Source: Octopus bimaculoides
Taxonomy: Eukaryota
Direction: 5' to 3'
DNA: 64,000 nucleotides
Assembly (NCBI RefSeq): GCF_001194135.2
Contig: NC_068992.1
Location: 6,861,190 to 6,925,189 of the forward strand
This document shows, piece by piece, positions 39,325 to 53,779 of the stretch (positions are counted from its first letter, which is position 1; each line of letters starts with the position of its first letter). Made by a program: the position numbers and the translations under genes. The notes beneath the pieces were generated by a model. The model had not been told where the DNA came from and made no database searches. It saw only the letters and a program-made list of their open reading frames with translations.

Positions 39325-42300
39325 NNNNNNNNNNNNNNNNNNNNNNNNNNNNNNNNNNNNNNNNNNNNNNNNNNNNNNNNNNNNNNNNNNNNNNNNNNNN
39401 NNNNNNNNNNNNNNNNNNNNNNNNNNNNNNNNNNNNNNNNNNNNNNNNNNNNNNNNNNNNNNNNNNNNNNNNNNNNNNNNNNNNNNNNNNNNNNNNNNNN
39501 NNNNNNNNNNNNNNNNNNNNNNNNNNNNNNNNNNNNNNNNNNNNNNNNNNNNNNNNNNNNNNNNNNNNNNNNNNNNNNNNNNNNNNNNNNNNNNNNNNNN
39601 NNNNNNNNNNNNNNNNNNNNNNNNNNNNNNNNNNNNNNNNNNNNNNNNNNNNNNNNNNNNNNNNNNNNNNNNNNNNNNNNNNNNNNNNNNNNNNNNNNNN
39701 NNNNNNNNNNNNNNNNNNNNNNNNNNNNNNNNNNNNNNNNNNNNNNNNNNNNNNNNNNNNNNNNNNNNNNNNNNNNNNNNNNNNNNNNNNNNNNNNNNNN
39801 NNNNNNNNNNNNNNNNNNNNNNNNNNNNNNNNNNNNNNNNNNNNNNNNNNNNNNNNNNNNNNNNNNNNNNNNNNNNNNNNNNNNNNNNNNNNNNNNNNNN
39901 NNNNNNNNNNNNNNNNNNNNNNNNNNNNNNNNNNNNNNNNNNNNNTATTTATATATTTATATATTTGATCCTTTATATTGAACACTCAATATTTCATCTA
40001 CATTCAATACTTTCTTTCATGGTGCCATCCATTTTTATTTTATTTTATTTTATATTATATATTGTATATTATATTATATATTGTATATTCCATATTCTAT
40101 ACCCCACATTGGTTCTGCAGGAATATAAATAAAACATAAAAAAACAGACAGTGTTGGAACTCTTTTAAACAAAATAATATATATATATATATATATATGT
40201 CCAACCCATGCTAGCATGGAAAGCGGACGTTAAACGATATATATATATATATATATATATTCATTTATTTATGCATGTGTGAAATTTGACAATGTATATA
40301 TTCACCAAATACCTTCACAAGTGACCATCCTATTCCATTGTCCCCCATTCAACTCTATATACTTATTTGCTATTTTATTGGTTTCTATTTATTTCCATTG
40401 AACTCTTTTATTGACCATCCTACCTATTTCTCTCTTAAACCCACCTCTTTCCTTCCTTCCTTCCTTCGTTCCTTTCCTCTTTTACCTTTTCACATCTTTC
40501 ATTCTTTTCTGTCTGTTTTTGTTTCTTTTTTGTTTTTCCACTAACACCTCCTACAGCCCATCCTATGAGAAAAAATCTCATATGTACAACTGCCATCAAA
40601 AATCTCCAGTCATAACTTGCCTGGTAAACTTATGAATGTACAGGTGAAATTCCTGGGTAACAAGACCAAACTTGTACACATACATACCTTTAAGAAGGTA
40701 TTGAAACCATTGTACTATTGTCAGGTATTACTTCATTAAGAAAAAATATATTAAACCTTCATATATAATGCATTGACTCCAATTTATACTACTAAATACA
40801 CTCACATATTGTGTGTGTTTCTTTAAAATCTATGTATATGGATGTATATAGAAGCTCCTTCTTTGTAATTTAGAAAGTAGTTTGGCAAAGAAAACTGAAT
40901 CGTTACTGGTACTGGCCAGGTTATTCCAGTGAAGACCTGGCAGACGTAGTGTATTTTAGATTACACTATTCACAATGACTTTCCCTTTATATGATAGTAG
41001 GTGTGATTTAAAAGAGATTTTACTGCTATTTTTATGCAGGTTAAATGGCTGAATAGTGGTTCTCTTAATTCTTTTGATAGACTGCTCTGCTTCTTTGATA
41101 CAAACTTTCTATTTTCATGGGATCTAAATTAAAACCTTCCAGCAAAATTTCATGTCAAGATCCAACAACCAGCTTAATGACAAGTTTATTATACTAATTC
41201 TCCATCTTCAAAATTAATTGAAACAAAGTTAATTAGAAATAGATGCATGAAAAAAATATAAAGAAATAAATAAGTAAATATATAAATAGATAAATAAAGG
41301 AATATATAAATATATCTGCCACATACCTTTGATAAATGTAAGACAGAGATAGATAAAATAAATACAACAATATAAAGGGCATGGATACATACGAAGTGAA
41401 TCCATACACAAACACACACACATGAAACCTCATGGATAGCTGTATACCATCCTGAAGTACAACAAAGTTAGTGTACTTCAACAGAAATATGGTACAAAAA
41501 AAATGGTGGGGTTAATTGTTATAATCTATAATGGTGCTAAGTCTGTTCAGACAGACCTTGACCTATGGCCAAAAACATACCAACTGTATCCATCCACTCC
41601 ATTTTCTTTTATTTTGAAACAATTTTCATTCAGTGCATTTATGACTACATCACCTAAATTGAACTTCTGTTTTTTCAGTACAGTTTGGTGTAATTTGAGT
41701 GATATTTTGTTAATGGAATGTTGCACTACCACATTGAGATTCCCTTGTTAGTTCATGTCACAGGTGTAGTACTGAAGTGTGAGACCAGAATTCCTGTCCA
41801 GCCTTTTCAGTATTATGTAATTGATACTACTGAAAGAATGTTTACATCTACCTGCTATTCTCTGCTGTTTAATCCATTTTTACCTTTTTCATGAAATCAG
41901 GTAGACTTCATCTTTCACCCAATTTCACACCAACACCTGCATCCTAGCAGACTCCACAATGCTGCAAGTATTTGAATAAGATATCTGGTCTGGGAATAAC
42001 CCAAGTGTTGCTCTCTTTCTGCCTCGATAATCGTAGCTGTCTTGAAAAATATCTAATGGGCCCTGCTTTTAACCTTCTGGCTGAGATATGAAATAATAAA
42101 ACATTCAAATTTTTCTTTCTTTCTCTTTTGCTGTATTATCATTGTGACATTGATACTGTTCAAATTTCTTTTTGATGTTATCCTTGACTTCATGCTTGAT
42201 CATTAATTCACTTTCTGGGGTTTTTTCCTACAATTTTGCATTATTGATTTTCTTGATAGGATCTGTTTGTCATGACATTTGTTGACTTCGTACAGTGTTC

Positions 42301-45300
42301 TGTTTTATATATATATACACACACATGTGCGTGCGCACGCACACACACATACACACGCACATTTATGTATGCATGTGTGTGAGAGGTGAATATCTAAAAG
42401 TCACATATATATATACAGTAATTATTTTATTAATTAATCTTTGCTTAGCTTCTGATACGATTGATCTTGACATTCTGTTTGATGTTCTTCTTAAAGTGCC
42501 TTCACTGAAATGGTTTCAATCTGTGATCTACAAAGTTGATAATACTGGTTATTTTGTGGTTTGTTCTTGTGTTCCTTGCTAATTAATATACTAATTTACA
42601 AAATTACAGAGTGCCTAACTAATACCAAAACACAGATGACTAGATTTTAATCTATTTAACCTCAATTAAGCATGAGCAAATGAGGGTACATCTATATGGC
42701 CAGTAGAAGTTAACAAATCTCTCACAAATCAATCATACCCTGCTGTCTTCAGAGAATTACCAGATAGTCACAGCTAGAACAATAAATTTGCTTAAGCAGG
42801 ACAAACCTGGGTTTAAATAAAAGAACACGTCAATGAATCAACAACAGGCGTCATATTCTTTGCTAATTCTTTGGCCTATATTTTATTTTAATTTTTATAT
42901 AAGCCATTACTAAACTTTATATGAGTTGATTATGATCCTATAATTGATTATTCCTTCTATTTGAAAAGAGTAAACTTTATATGCCATTACAATAAGATTC
43001 ACTGTAGTTATGATCTTAGGAAATTGGCAATGCTGCTCAGATCGCTGTTTCATTTTGAAATCCTTATTCTTTTCTTAAAATCCAGCCCTAGAGAAAAACT
43101 TATTCCTCTTCAGACAAATATCTTTTCATCTTAAGAAGGGAGACATCCAGAATAATGTAGACTTGAATATATTATAGCTTAAAAAAAGACAAGACGATCA
43201 TGACTGGAACCTCTCTGACCATTGGACTATCAGGGTTGATACATGCATCAGGCATGACAACAGACACATCACATATGCCATTAATTACTGGATTAGTATG
43301 ATGTTGTTTTTGTGATAAGTTTACCTTTCAAAACTAAATCATACTGTTTTTCACATGACTACTGTGACCATGAGAATTAACACATGCGTCTGCTCTTAAA
43401 ATGAAAACAAGAATAAAAAGATTGTTTCTGGAATGTCAGCCATAGTCACTTGCCTGAAAAAAGACCACAGCACATCAGTGTCAGTTGATTTACTCAACGT
43501 TGGACTTTGACTGATATGTTATTCCTAGTGGCCAGGAATGACATAGCAGTATTTGTGGGAAGCTTGAATACATATAGATTCAGAATAAATTTGCCTTGAA
43601 GTTGTTGACTCTGTGAGCAAACAGCATTCATTTGCAAATGATTTTACACTGGACATAATGTATTTGTTTTTGAATTTATAAGCTCAAGATGAATAGCTTC
43701 CAGATATAGTTTTTATAATACAATAATCAGCATTGTTTTATATGTGCAAATACACACACACGCACACACACACACTCACGACACATACATATATGCACAC
43801 ACATGCACACACATCCTTGAATAGGATGCCTCTCTGGTGCAGATTAACACCAACCTTCTGCTTGTACTTATTTTCACCAGAGTAGACTGGAGCAATGTAA
43901 AGTGAAGTGACTTGCTCAAGGACATGACATGCCACCTAGACCAGTAATTGAACCTACAACTTAACCAGTCATGAGCTTATCTTTGCAAAACATTCACACA
44001 CACACACACACATATATAATATCTCGTGTAAAGAAATAGATGTACAACTACTACTGTTAAGTTTAGAGCTCCACATAGATTATCAGTTGAGTCTACTTCC
44101 CCCAGAGTGGTTAAGCCATTACTGTACTTTGTAGTATAACTAATTATGAAATACAGAGCAGATGTGGAAGAAATTACAAGAAGCACAAGTTTATATTATT
44201 AGTTCTTCTATATGTTTGGCACAGCATGGGCTGTTCCAAGTCCCGGAATGGATGATCAAGGACTACTTTATTGCATTAAGAATGAGAGAACTAATATCAA
44301 GGGACGGGTTGATGATAAGTCATTTTATAAGTATTTTCACAGGGAAATAGAAAGAAAGTAAAATACATAGAATAAAATGCCATGCCATCAAGCCAAGTTC
44401 TGGCATTAGTTCTTGGTAGCTTAATGCAATTATGTGCTCCCTGATGATCCATTCTGGTGAAGCATCCAAATGTACTTGGAACATCTAATGCAGGGTTCCA
44501 GGCAATCCGAATGAGGAAATGTATTCATTTCTATCTTTTGCATGTTTCAATCATTAGACTGTGACCAGGACTTGAAACCTCCTTGAAGAAGTTTAGTCAA
44601 ACATATCGACCCCAATACTTATTTTATTCTTAAGCCAGGTACTTATTCTATTGGTCTCTTTTGCCAAACCACTAAGTTACAGGGACATAGACACACTAAC
44701 ACCAGTTGTCAACTAGTGATTTGGGTCAAACACATACAAATATACACAACGGTCTTCTTTTAGTTTCTATCTACCAAATCCACTCACATGGCTTTGGTCG
44801 ACTCAAGGCTAGAGTAGAAGATACTTTCCCAAAGTGTGGCACAGTAGGGCCGAACCCAGAACCATGTGGTTGTGAAGCGACCTACACCTGCATGCAAAAG
44901 CTGATAAGACAAGCTGCTGTTTATCATAATTTCTCACATGCATATAATCAGGATCTGTAACTCAAAGTGAAACTCAGACTAGCAAGAGACCGACTCAACC
45001 AAAATAAAGTATCATTAATCTTTACCATGGGGTTGAGTTCACTTTTTTGTGACAGTTAATACTAAATGTATACTTATACATACATACATACATACATACA
45101 TACATACATACGCACATAGATACATACATATATATACACTCACAGACATATGCACGCATGCACTTATACACACATACACACACACATGTATATACATTTT
45201 AAAAACGCATATATCCACATGTATGTATACACAATCATAAAAGCTGTGAATTCACAGAAATATAATAGTGCTATAATGCCTAACAGTATTTAAACTCATC

Positions 45301-45634
45301 TTTCTATCTTTAGAGTTCAAATCCCACCAGGTTTCAAATTTTTCCTTTCATCCATGTGACGGATCAATATTACAAGTGTCATTTATATTGTAGAATCACT
45401 TCAATTGAATATGTTCTCCTCCACCTCTCTCACCACTAACCTCTACTAAAAACATTGCCTATTCAAAAGAAATCAATATATACTGTAGTTGGTTCAATAA
45501 CGATGAGAGAATATCATTCAAAATTCTATCAATGATATATAATACTTTTCATGGCATTTCTCATGTTGCCATTTTAAAAGCTCTGTATTAAAGGCTTACC
45601 AATATTTACACTGTATGATTTATCATAATTGATG

Positions 45635-45710
<76 letters not shown>

Positions 45711-47132
45711 CATAAAGTAAAAAAAAAGTTTTCTGCTTCAGCAATCCTGAGTTGGTGGAATGCTTTTTCCTGTTGATTCCAGTGGTTGATTAGCCCCCAG
45801 ATCATCTGCTGATCAATGAGACCTATAATTGAAAGTATTTCAGTCATGACCATTCCATCTTATTTTTATATACTATATATATATATATATATATATATGG
45901 AAGGGCATCCAGCTGTAGAAACTCTGCCAAATCAGACTGGAGCCTGGTGTTGCCATCCGGTTTCACCAGTCCTCAGTCAAATCGTCCAACCCATGCTAGC
46001 ATGGAAAGCGGACGTTAAACGATGATGATGATGATATATATATAAATAATATAGTAGGTGCAGGCATGGTTGGGTAGTTTAGAAGCTTGTTTCTCAACCA
46101 TGTAGTCTTGGGTTCAGTTTCACTGCAGACCTACTTGGGCAAGTGTCCTTGTGAATAGATTTGGTATATGGAAACAGAAAGAAGACCATCATATATACTT
46201 ATGTATATGTCTGTATTTGTGTATACCCTTCTTTGACATCAGCTGAGAGTTTGCAACAGGAAAGCAATTTAGCTGTAAAAAATGTGCTTCAACAAATTCC
46301 ATCTGACCCATGCAGGCTGCACCATGGAAAAATTGTTTACAACCTCCATGATACATATTTCTCGCTTTCACTATCATGTTATAATAATGTTATAAGATAT
46401 TTTAAAAATCGTATTACCATTTGGTATTACAACTGTTTCTACTAGAAAATATATAATCCTTTAATATTGTGTACTACAGTAAATATGAATAGCATTAAAA
46501 CCAGATTCTTTTCATGTGCTTCTTTATTGCTGCTTCTAAAGACCTGTTATTAAATTTTGTTCTTTAAAGTCCACCCAACTCTTTTAGATTATATCAAACT
46601 GAAGCCCTTCACATTCCTTTTAACTCTGCAATTTCTCTCAACCCATCAACTATCCCCCAATTATTATTAGCCAGTTGTCTCACTTCATTTGATCTCAGCT
46701 CATGACTTAAAATCTCATTAAACTTTCCTCTGACTGTTTGTAGCTTTTGTGAGGTTTGTCTTTTTCTTTTTCTTTTTTGTATTCCTCAGTATTTTTCTTA
46801 TATTTCTTAACAGTTTACTGCAAAATTAAATAAACATGCAAGTTACACTAGAACCAAGAATCGCCTTCCACCCTCTCCCAACTAATCCATAATTCATTGA
46901 TTATGTTTGTATATAATTTTGATTTTTATATTTTCTTTTTAACTGATGTATGGTAATGGAAATAACTGGCACTCATTTTGTATGTAATTTCCAAAAACGA
47001 AGAAGTAGAAAGCAATATAATTCTGCATTTTAGTATTTGGAAAACTATTGGAAACTATGTCAAAACTTGAAAGATTATAAATATCTGACCAAAATAATAC
47101 ATTTTTGTTGTTGCTGTTTTTCTTCTTCTTTT

Positions 47133-47163
<31 letters not shown>

Positions 47164-47819
47164 GTTGATTAGAATCTTTCAACTTTAAAATAATTATTTG
47201 AGTAAATATTTAACTGAATTAAGAGAAAATGTTAGACTTTTGACTAACTTTGATAATAACATTAACATGAAAGTTGTAATTAATAAAATAGTCTATTCAT
47301 CATGCATGTTATTATTTGTTATATTACATTAAGCATATTTTATTTGTAATGACAAAATAACCATATAATTTTACATTGAAAGTAGGATATTAAAGCAAAA
47401 TACAGAATTTAATATTTGTAAATTTTGTGTGTTTATAAAATAAATAAATAAATAAATGATCGAAGAAAAACGATTTTCACTGTATTGTTTATTTATTTAT
47501 TTCAAATTTGCAATGTAGAAAATAAAAATTAGCTTAAATAACTCCACATGGTCCATTTATCTTATGGGTAAGCCCAAAATCAAACATTTTATGGCATTAG
47601 TCTGATCTTACACACACATATAGCGTTTGTGTGTGTTTGGAATTAATAATTCACTCCATTGTTAGTTTCGTGCATGTACAGTATATTTCCTCATTCAAAT
47701 CGATGGATAAAAGTCCATAACATCAAATTAAGTGAATTTGTGGGATTGTTCATTTTTTGATAGTGTGAAACCACTTGACAATGGTGACACTTCACTTCCA
47801 GCAATTTAGCATCATAAAG

Positions 47820-48077
47820 GCACACAAAATACACCATTTGAGAATGGCCGTTGCCAGTACTGCCTGACTGGCCTTCGTGCCGGTGGCACGTAAAAGCACC
47901 CACTACACTCTCGGAGTGGTTGGCATTAGGAAGGGCATCCATCTGTAGAAAATCTGCCAAATCAGATTGGATCCTGGTGTAGCCACTTGGTTCACCAGTC
48001 CTCAGTCAAATCGTCCAACCCATGCTAGCATGGCAAGCGGATGTTAAACGATGATGATGATGATGATGATGATGATG
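47820..48077 (+). mobile_element. RTE-LINE 3' end with long (GAT)n tail
   Basis: High identity to 3832-4100 by eye. Confidence 0.8.
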
Positions 48078-48084
48078 AAAGGAT

Positions 48085-48333
48085 AAAAATTCTTCCTGAG
48101 TCATATAGACCCATAGAATTGGTTTCCATGGTGCATATCTTACCCCACTGGATAGGATACCAGTTCATCACAGGATTACTCGTTTTTGCCAGCTGGGTGG
48201 ACTGGAGCAACATGAAATGAAGTGCTTTCCTCAAGAACACAACACATCAGCCTAGTCAAGGACTCGAAACCACAATCTTACAATCATGAACCTTACAATC
48301 CGACACCCTCACCACTAATTTATGGGCCTCCAC
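48085..48333 (-). mobile_element. V-core-like tRNA SINE, antisense
   Basis: Reverse-complement similarity to 5188-5437 (cagctgggtggactggagcaacatgaaatgaagtg...gactcgaaaccacaatc). Confidence 0.7.
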
Positions 48334-48815
48334 TACTCTAGCATCATAGGCCTCCCAAATGTGTTAATAATTGACTGTTAAATCATCCCAATTCACTTTT
48401 GGAAAGGTTAATTAATTAACCTCTAAAAAGTTCTGGAGGGGAAAATAGCTTTGTGGATCTTTAAGAGTATTTTTAAGTTTGCATATGATGAGGCAAGCTA
48501 TGTGATCCACTTTTAGGTAGGAAACTAGTTCCTTTGTTTCTGGAATTTATGATAGATGTTGAGATTGTTTTCTGTATGTTTTGTTGATTTTATTGTTTCC
48601 AGAGGATAAAGAGTCTGTTTGAATATATCTGTATTTTTGTCTTTTCTGCAAGTATGCAGACACTGGGGAAAATTTTGAAGGTTTCATGTAATTTTTCATT
48701 GTGCATTGGAAAGAATTGGTTGGTTCTTTTTTATTTGATCAGATTGGATTCAAATTTTGTCATTTTTCTTTACAGCGGAAAGAGAAGGGTTTGTTTCATA
48801 ATTTGAATTCATATA

Positions 48816-49493
48816 TGAGGTGTGTTCATAAAGTATCCAACCTTTAGACATAAAAAAAAACAATGTTGTACATGTCACAAATGTTATTTAATCACCTTCA
48901 AAATATTCCTCTTGAGAGTACACACAATTCTCGCAGCAGTTCTGCCAATGCTGGTAACATCTCCTCTGGAACACCTTCCCTAGAATGCTTTGGAGCTGTG
49001 ACATCACTTTTCTCATAACTTCTTCTTGTGACTCAAATCGCTTCCCTTTCGATGTTAAAATGGAAAGCATTGATCCTGTGCTTATCCCCACTTCATGAGT
49101 AATTTCCTGGATTGTTGCATGATGGTCTTCCATGACTATTGGCTAAACCTTCTCAATTGGCTTCTGGATGGTCTGCCTGAGCATGCTTTACTCCCCACTG
49201 AGGTGTGGCCATGTTTGAAGTGGTCTACATTTTACCCATGGCATCATTGCCAGAGACTACTGAATCATCTGCATGGTTTAAGCTTGAATATCACCAAGTT
49301 TGTGACGAAACTTGATGCAATATCTCTACTTGGTGCATTCGGTCATCTCATATGAAAATAAAAATCTGACATGTGTGAACATCTTCATACATGTGTAAGA
49401 AGGGTGGAATCATCTCCTGCCCAGAGAATTTTGCCCATGTGGCATCAGTTTTAGCAGAAAAAAAATAGTCAAATACTTTTTGAACTCACCTCG
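48816..49493 (-). mobile_element. Internally deleted mariner element with both TIRs and TA target-site duplication
   Basis: Left ta|tgaggtgtgttcataaagtatc and right atactttttgaactcacctcg|ta are inverted matches. The minus strand encodes a decayed N-terminus (RYCIKF.HKLGD...MEDHHATIQEITHEVGISTGS) fused to a C-terminus (KGKRFESQEEV...CVYSQEEYFEGD*). The DDD core is absent. Confidence 0.85.
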
Positions 49494-50982
49494 TATGTCT
49501 GTTGGTGTCACAAAAATTCTTTCCTCATAGAAGTTTTTTCATAGTTTGTGCTTCAATGCACTTTGTTTTTCATTGAGTTGTATAATATTGAGAGGAATAA
49601 CTCCAAATTCTTATACCAATTGATCTGGAAACCCAGTGGCTATGGTTCATGACGTTCTCCAATAAACTGGAACACATTGTTGACAATGCCACTTCATACT
49701 TCATTGGGTCTCAAAACAGCAGGGCATGCTTCACTGAATGGTTCCAGATATTAAAACAAACTGTGATGTCACATTACTGGAGATCAAAGATATTATCCAC
49801 TACTTGTCATCAGAGAAAATTTCTCTTCTATAACTTCCATTCACTTCAAAATTCACAGCCTACCATTTAAATTCTAAAGCTTTTCCATGATGTTCGTTTT
49901 AAAAAAAAAACACCATAGAAAAGCTGTCCCTTTAGTTTGGGTCCTTACCTCTACACCATATCATTCAGACTAACACTAGTAATGTCTCTGGTCTACCACA
50001 TAACGAAGCTGCTTTGACTCACTTTGGCCAGTGAGAGTTAACCTAACCGTTGGATTGAAGATGTCTTGCCTTATCCATATACTAAATATTACCTGAATCA
50101 GCACACATGTACTCCACATGTAGGAAACTCTTAGTTGCAATTGGATAAGTTATCAATTGCTTCCAACTAAATATAAATCATACACCATGTTCTGAGTTCT
50201 CTTTTTTCTCATTTGTTACCATAAACTCACGCAAAACATACACACAAATATTTGTTAGTTTTCATACAAAAGTAACAATTGTTCAATACACACCTGTGTT
50301 TAGAAGTGCTTAGCGTCTACTATAATTGTGTATTGATAAATAAGATTATTTCCTCATTGGCAAATAATCTTATTTATCAATGCATGTTTATCAATATTTA
50401 TCATCACCCAATTACACACACACACCCACACATATTGACATATTTCTCTTGTTCTCACTCTATGTGAAAGAATATTTTCATCCAAAATATGGGATTATTT
50501 AATGTTTTAATGTAAAAATGAAGCTTCGTTCTTATTTGTATTTAATCTATTCCCAACTACATTAGTATGGCTTTCTAAACTACTGTTTTAGTTATATATA
50601 TGTATATATATATATATAATAATACAAAGAATATATATGCATGTATACACACATATATGTACATACTTGCATCTACATGTGTATATAGATGCATATCAAG
50701 GTACAGGGCGTTAGAAAAAGGAACTACAGACAATGGAACGAACACATAGGAAAACAGATAGCCACTTGGAATTATTCCTTCATCAGCTGCCTCTATTCTA
50801 ACTAGGTGTTTCGAAGATAAAGCAAGTTGTTCCATTGATCAGATCAGCAAGAACGTTTGTCATCATAACTGATAGAGTGTCAGTAAATATATATAACCTT
50901 TTATAGTGCTTCTGAGATGGGTGAGAGACATTTTGGCACAGCCATACCTGACTAATAATTGTTACTTTTATAAATTATTTAC

Positions 50983-51048
50983 CTTGTGGTTGCCACAATA
51001 AAATTTTGATGCTGCAATTCATTTTGAAGCAGCAAAACAGCTTCAGCT
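50983..51048 (-). CDS. Isolated candidate 66-nt symmetric exon (AEAVLLLQNELQHQNFIVATT in the phase-2 frame)
   Basis: tctcaattcaatcag|AG...CAAG|gtaaat. Two frames are open; no partner exon established. Confidence 0.2.
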
Positions 51049-51225
51049 CTGATTGAATTGAGATTTGAAACTTCTGAGGAGAATTTGGCTATGAGATCAA
51101 TGACTTCAATAGAGAAATTTACATTTCTTTTGAGATTTAGTTTAATATCAAAATTGCTATTCCATTGGAAACCAACTTTATAATGAGAAGTATCTTGAAA
51201 TATATGACCATCCTGTTGACTTCAG

Positions 51226-51264
51226 GTTTAAATAGTATTTGTGATGTTCACGCCTATCTTGAAG
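51226..51264 (+). CDS. Isolated candidate 39-nt phase 1->1 exon GLNSICDVHAYLE
   Basis: catcctgttgacttcag|GT...GAAG|gtaatt. Confidence 0.2.
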
Positions 51265-53255
51265 GTAATTGAATTAATTAAGCAGGTTAATTGAAAAATC
51301 CACATTCAAGAATGAAGCTTGTGATGGGGAGGAAGTCTTTAACTTCATTTCCACAAAGTTTAATCTCTAAGGATACATGGCTCACTGCCATTAAAATATC
51401 AAGTGTGGGGGAGAAAAAAGAATTAAACCAATTAAATTTGTTTAATCTTTTTCTATTTAATTTCTTGTATTTTACTTTTTTAAGCATTTTACTATTTTAG
51501 AAGCAAATAACCATCTTAACTGTTGGTTGAAAATGTAAGGAAGTGCATGTATTTTTGTTGATTATTGTTTTAATTTTTATTTCCTTTAATTACTGCCAAA
51601 CCTAGATATAAATATTTCTATCCAAATGGATTTTGAAAAAATAAATTTTATTTATTTATTTGTTTATTTTCTCTTTGTTTGAAAAAGATAACAAAAATTA
51701 TAGCATATCAAACAAATTATTTCAATTATAATCTAAATTATGATCTACATTGTATTTTTTTTTTTATATTTTTACATTTAAATGTTTATTTACCAAATGT
51801 TACATTATAATATTAAGTCTATATCGTAGAAATATCTTGGAATTGTTTTTGACATCAAATAATGAAAAATACATTAGAAAGTTGGAAGTTAAAGATATTT
51901 AGAAATTCCAGTATGTAGTATCAGCACATATAACATTACTACTGCTTCTATTGATGCCAGAAAGAAAAATGATAATGGTAAAAAAAAAAAAGAATTATAA
52001 AAACAAAAGAAAAAGGAAAATTAAATAAAGAAACAAGTCATTTTTAATATTCAAAATGCTTTTCAAGGAATCAAGTGTAAGTAATCGGAAGAAATATCTA
52101 AGATTTTATTGCGGGAAATTCTTATAAGTATTTCTATGAATAAATATCTGAATAATTTATGGCCATATTTCATAACTACTGCTGTTGTTATTATTATTAT
52201 TGTTGTTGTTAGTAGTAGTAGTAGTAGTAGTAATTACTTAGTTTCTTTTTACTAAAAAAAAAAAATGAAGTAAACAGTTGATTTTAATGTTTAAAAATAT
52301 GCTTAAGTATGATCGCATAATAATGATACTTTATTAAAACTTTCAGGTTTTCTGTTGTTTTAGACTCAGCATATAATATTAATCTTCACTTGCCAAGAAG
52401 ATAGTTGATATATATATCTAATGGTAAAAATTATTTATGAGCTATTTGAAAAAAAAAAGTGAATTTTTATATATTTTCATTATTTTAAGCAAAAGAAATA
52501 AAAGTAAGATATGTATCTTTACATTTCGAAGGAAAATCTTAGTCATATTACTACTCCTATATAGTGAGTGGGTTGGTGGAGTGGGTTGGGGGTCAATGCC
52601 CTCAGGGATTTTAGCCAATCTTATCAGTCCCAATATTTATATCAGTCTGGTACTATTTTATTGATCTTCCTTTGTGGACAGGCTGAGACAGAAGACATAA
52701 AAGAACATAATATAAACAATAGCATCGATTTTTGGACCATACATAAATACATATGTACACTCACACAGTCCAACTTTGATATGTCCTTTCTTTGAATGTT
52801 CATTTACATGGAATTAGTCAATACTAAGCTTTATTAGAAGGTATTAGCCCAAGGTGAAGCAGACTGAGATTGAACCCAAAAGTGCTAAGTTAAAAGCTAA
52901 TTTCTAAAACACAAATTGGTCATGATTGAACACCTATGATCATATCTTTTCACTCAAGTTTTTTTGCAGGGCTTAAATAGAACCAGCAACAGCAATAACA
53001 ACAACAATTATTAAGTATGCATTGTATTCTTGAAGTTTTACTCCCAGTCTTCAAGCAATGCAGATAATCACAGAACTTCTATTTGACATGTTCATTGACA
53101 AAGGACTGGAGTGTGTAATTCAAATGAGAAAATTAAACTCGATATTGAATAAAGTGTCTAAAATGGAGATAATAATCTCTGACAAGTGTTTCCAGGATAA
53201 CTTTGCATGATCCACGAAACTAAATTCTTTCATTTAATTAATATTCATTTCAAAT

Positions 53256-53459
53256 GTTCGCACAAGGCCAGCAGCTTCGAGGGAGGGGTTAAGTCAATTA
53301 CATCAACCCCAGAGTTCAACTGGTACTTATTTTGTCAACCCCCAATAGGATGAAACGCAAAATTAACCTCGGCAGAATTTGAACTCAGAACATGAAGACG
53401 GACAAAATGACACAAAACATTTTGCCTGGCATGCTAAAACTTCTGCCAGCTCACTGCCT
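53256..53459 (-). mobile_element. tRNA-headed SINE (fourth family, ggcagtgagctggcagaa head)
   Basis: cctcggcagaatttgaactcagaac...ctgccagctcactgcc. Relatives at about 8270-8400, 26030-26160, 38850-38940, 58970-59160, 59750-59972 and 60655-60848. Confidence 0.75.
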
Positions 53460-53779
53460 TTTTCATATAATTGATATTGACTTCTAACATAGACATAAGG
53501 CTTCAAATTTAGAAGACGAGTATAATGAATTTGATCAACCCTGCTATTTGTCTGCTACATTATTTCATCAACCCCAGAAAGATGAAAGGTAAATTTGAAC
53601 TTGCTTTCAATTGGACTATAATTAAATAACCGTAATTAAGTAACACTAAGCATTCTGTTCGACACTTGCATGTTTATGACACTAATGTTTCTGCCTTATT
53701 TTTATACATTTATACTCATTATTTAATTCACTGTATCATCTCCATAAAGATTTGCAATAATTTTAATATCCCTGTCTCA

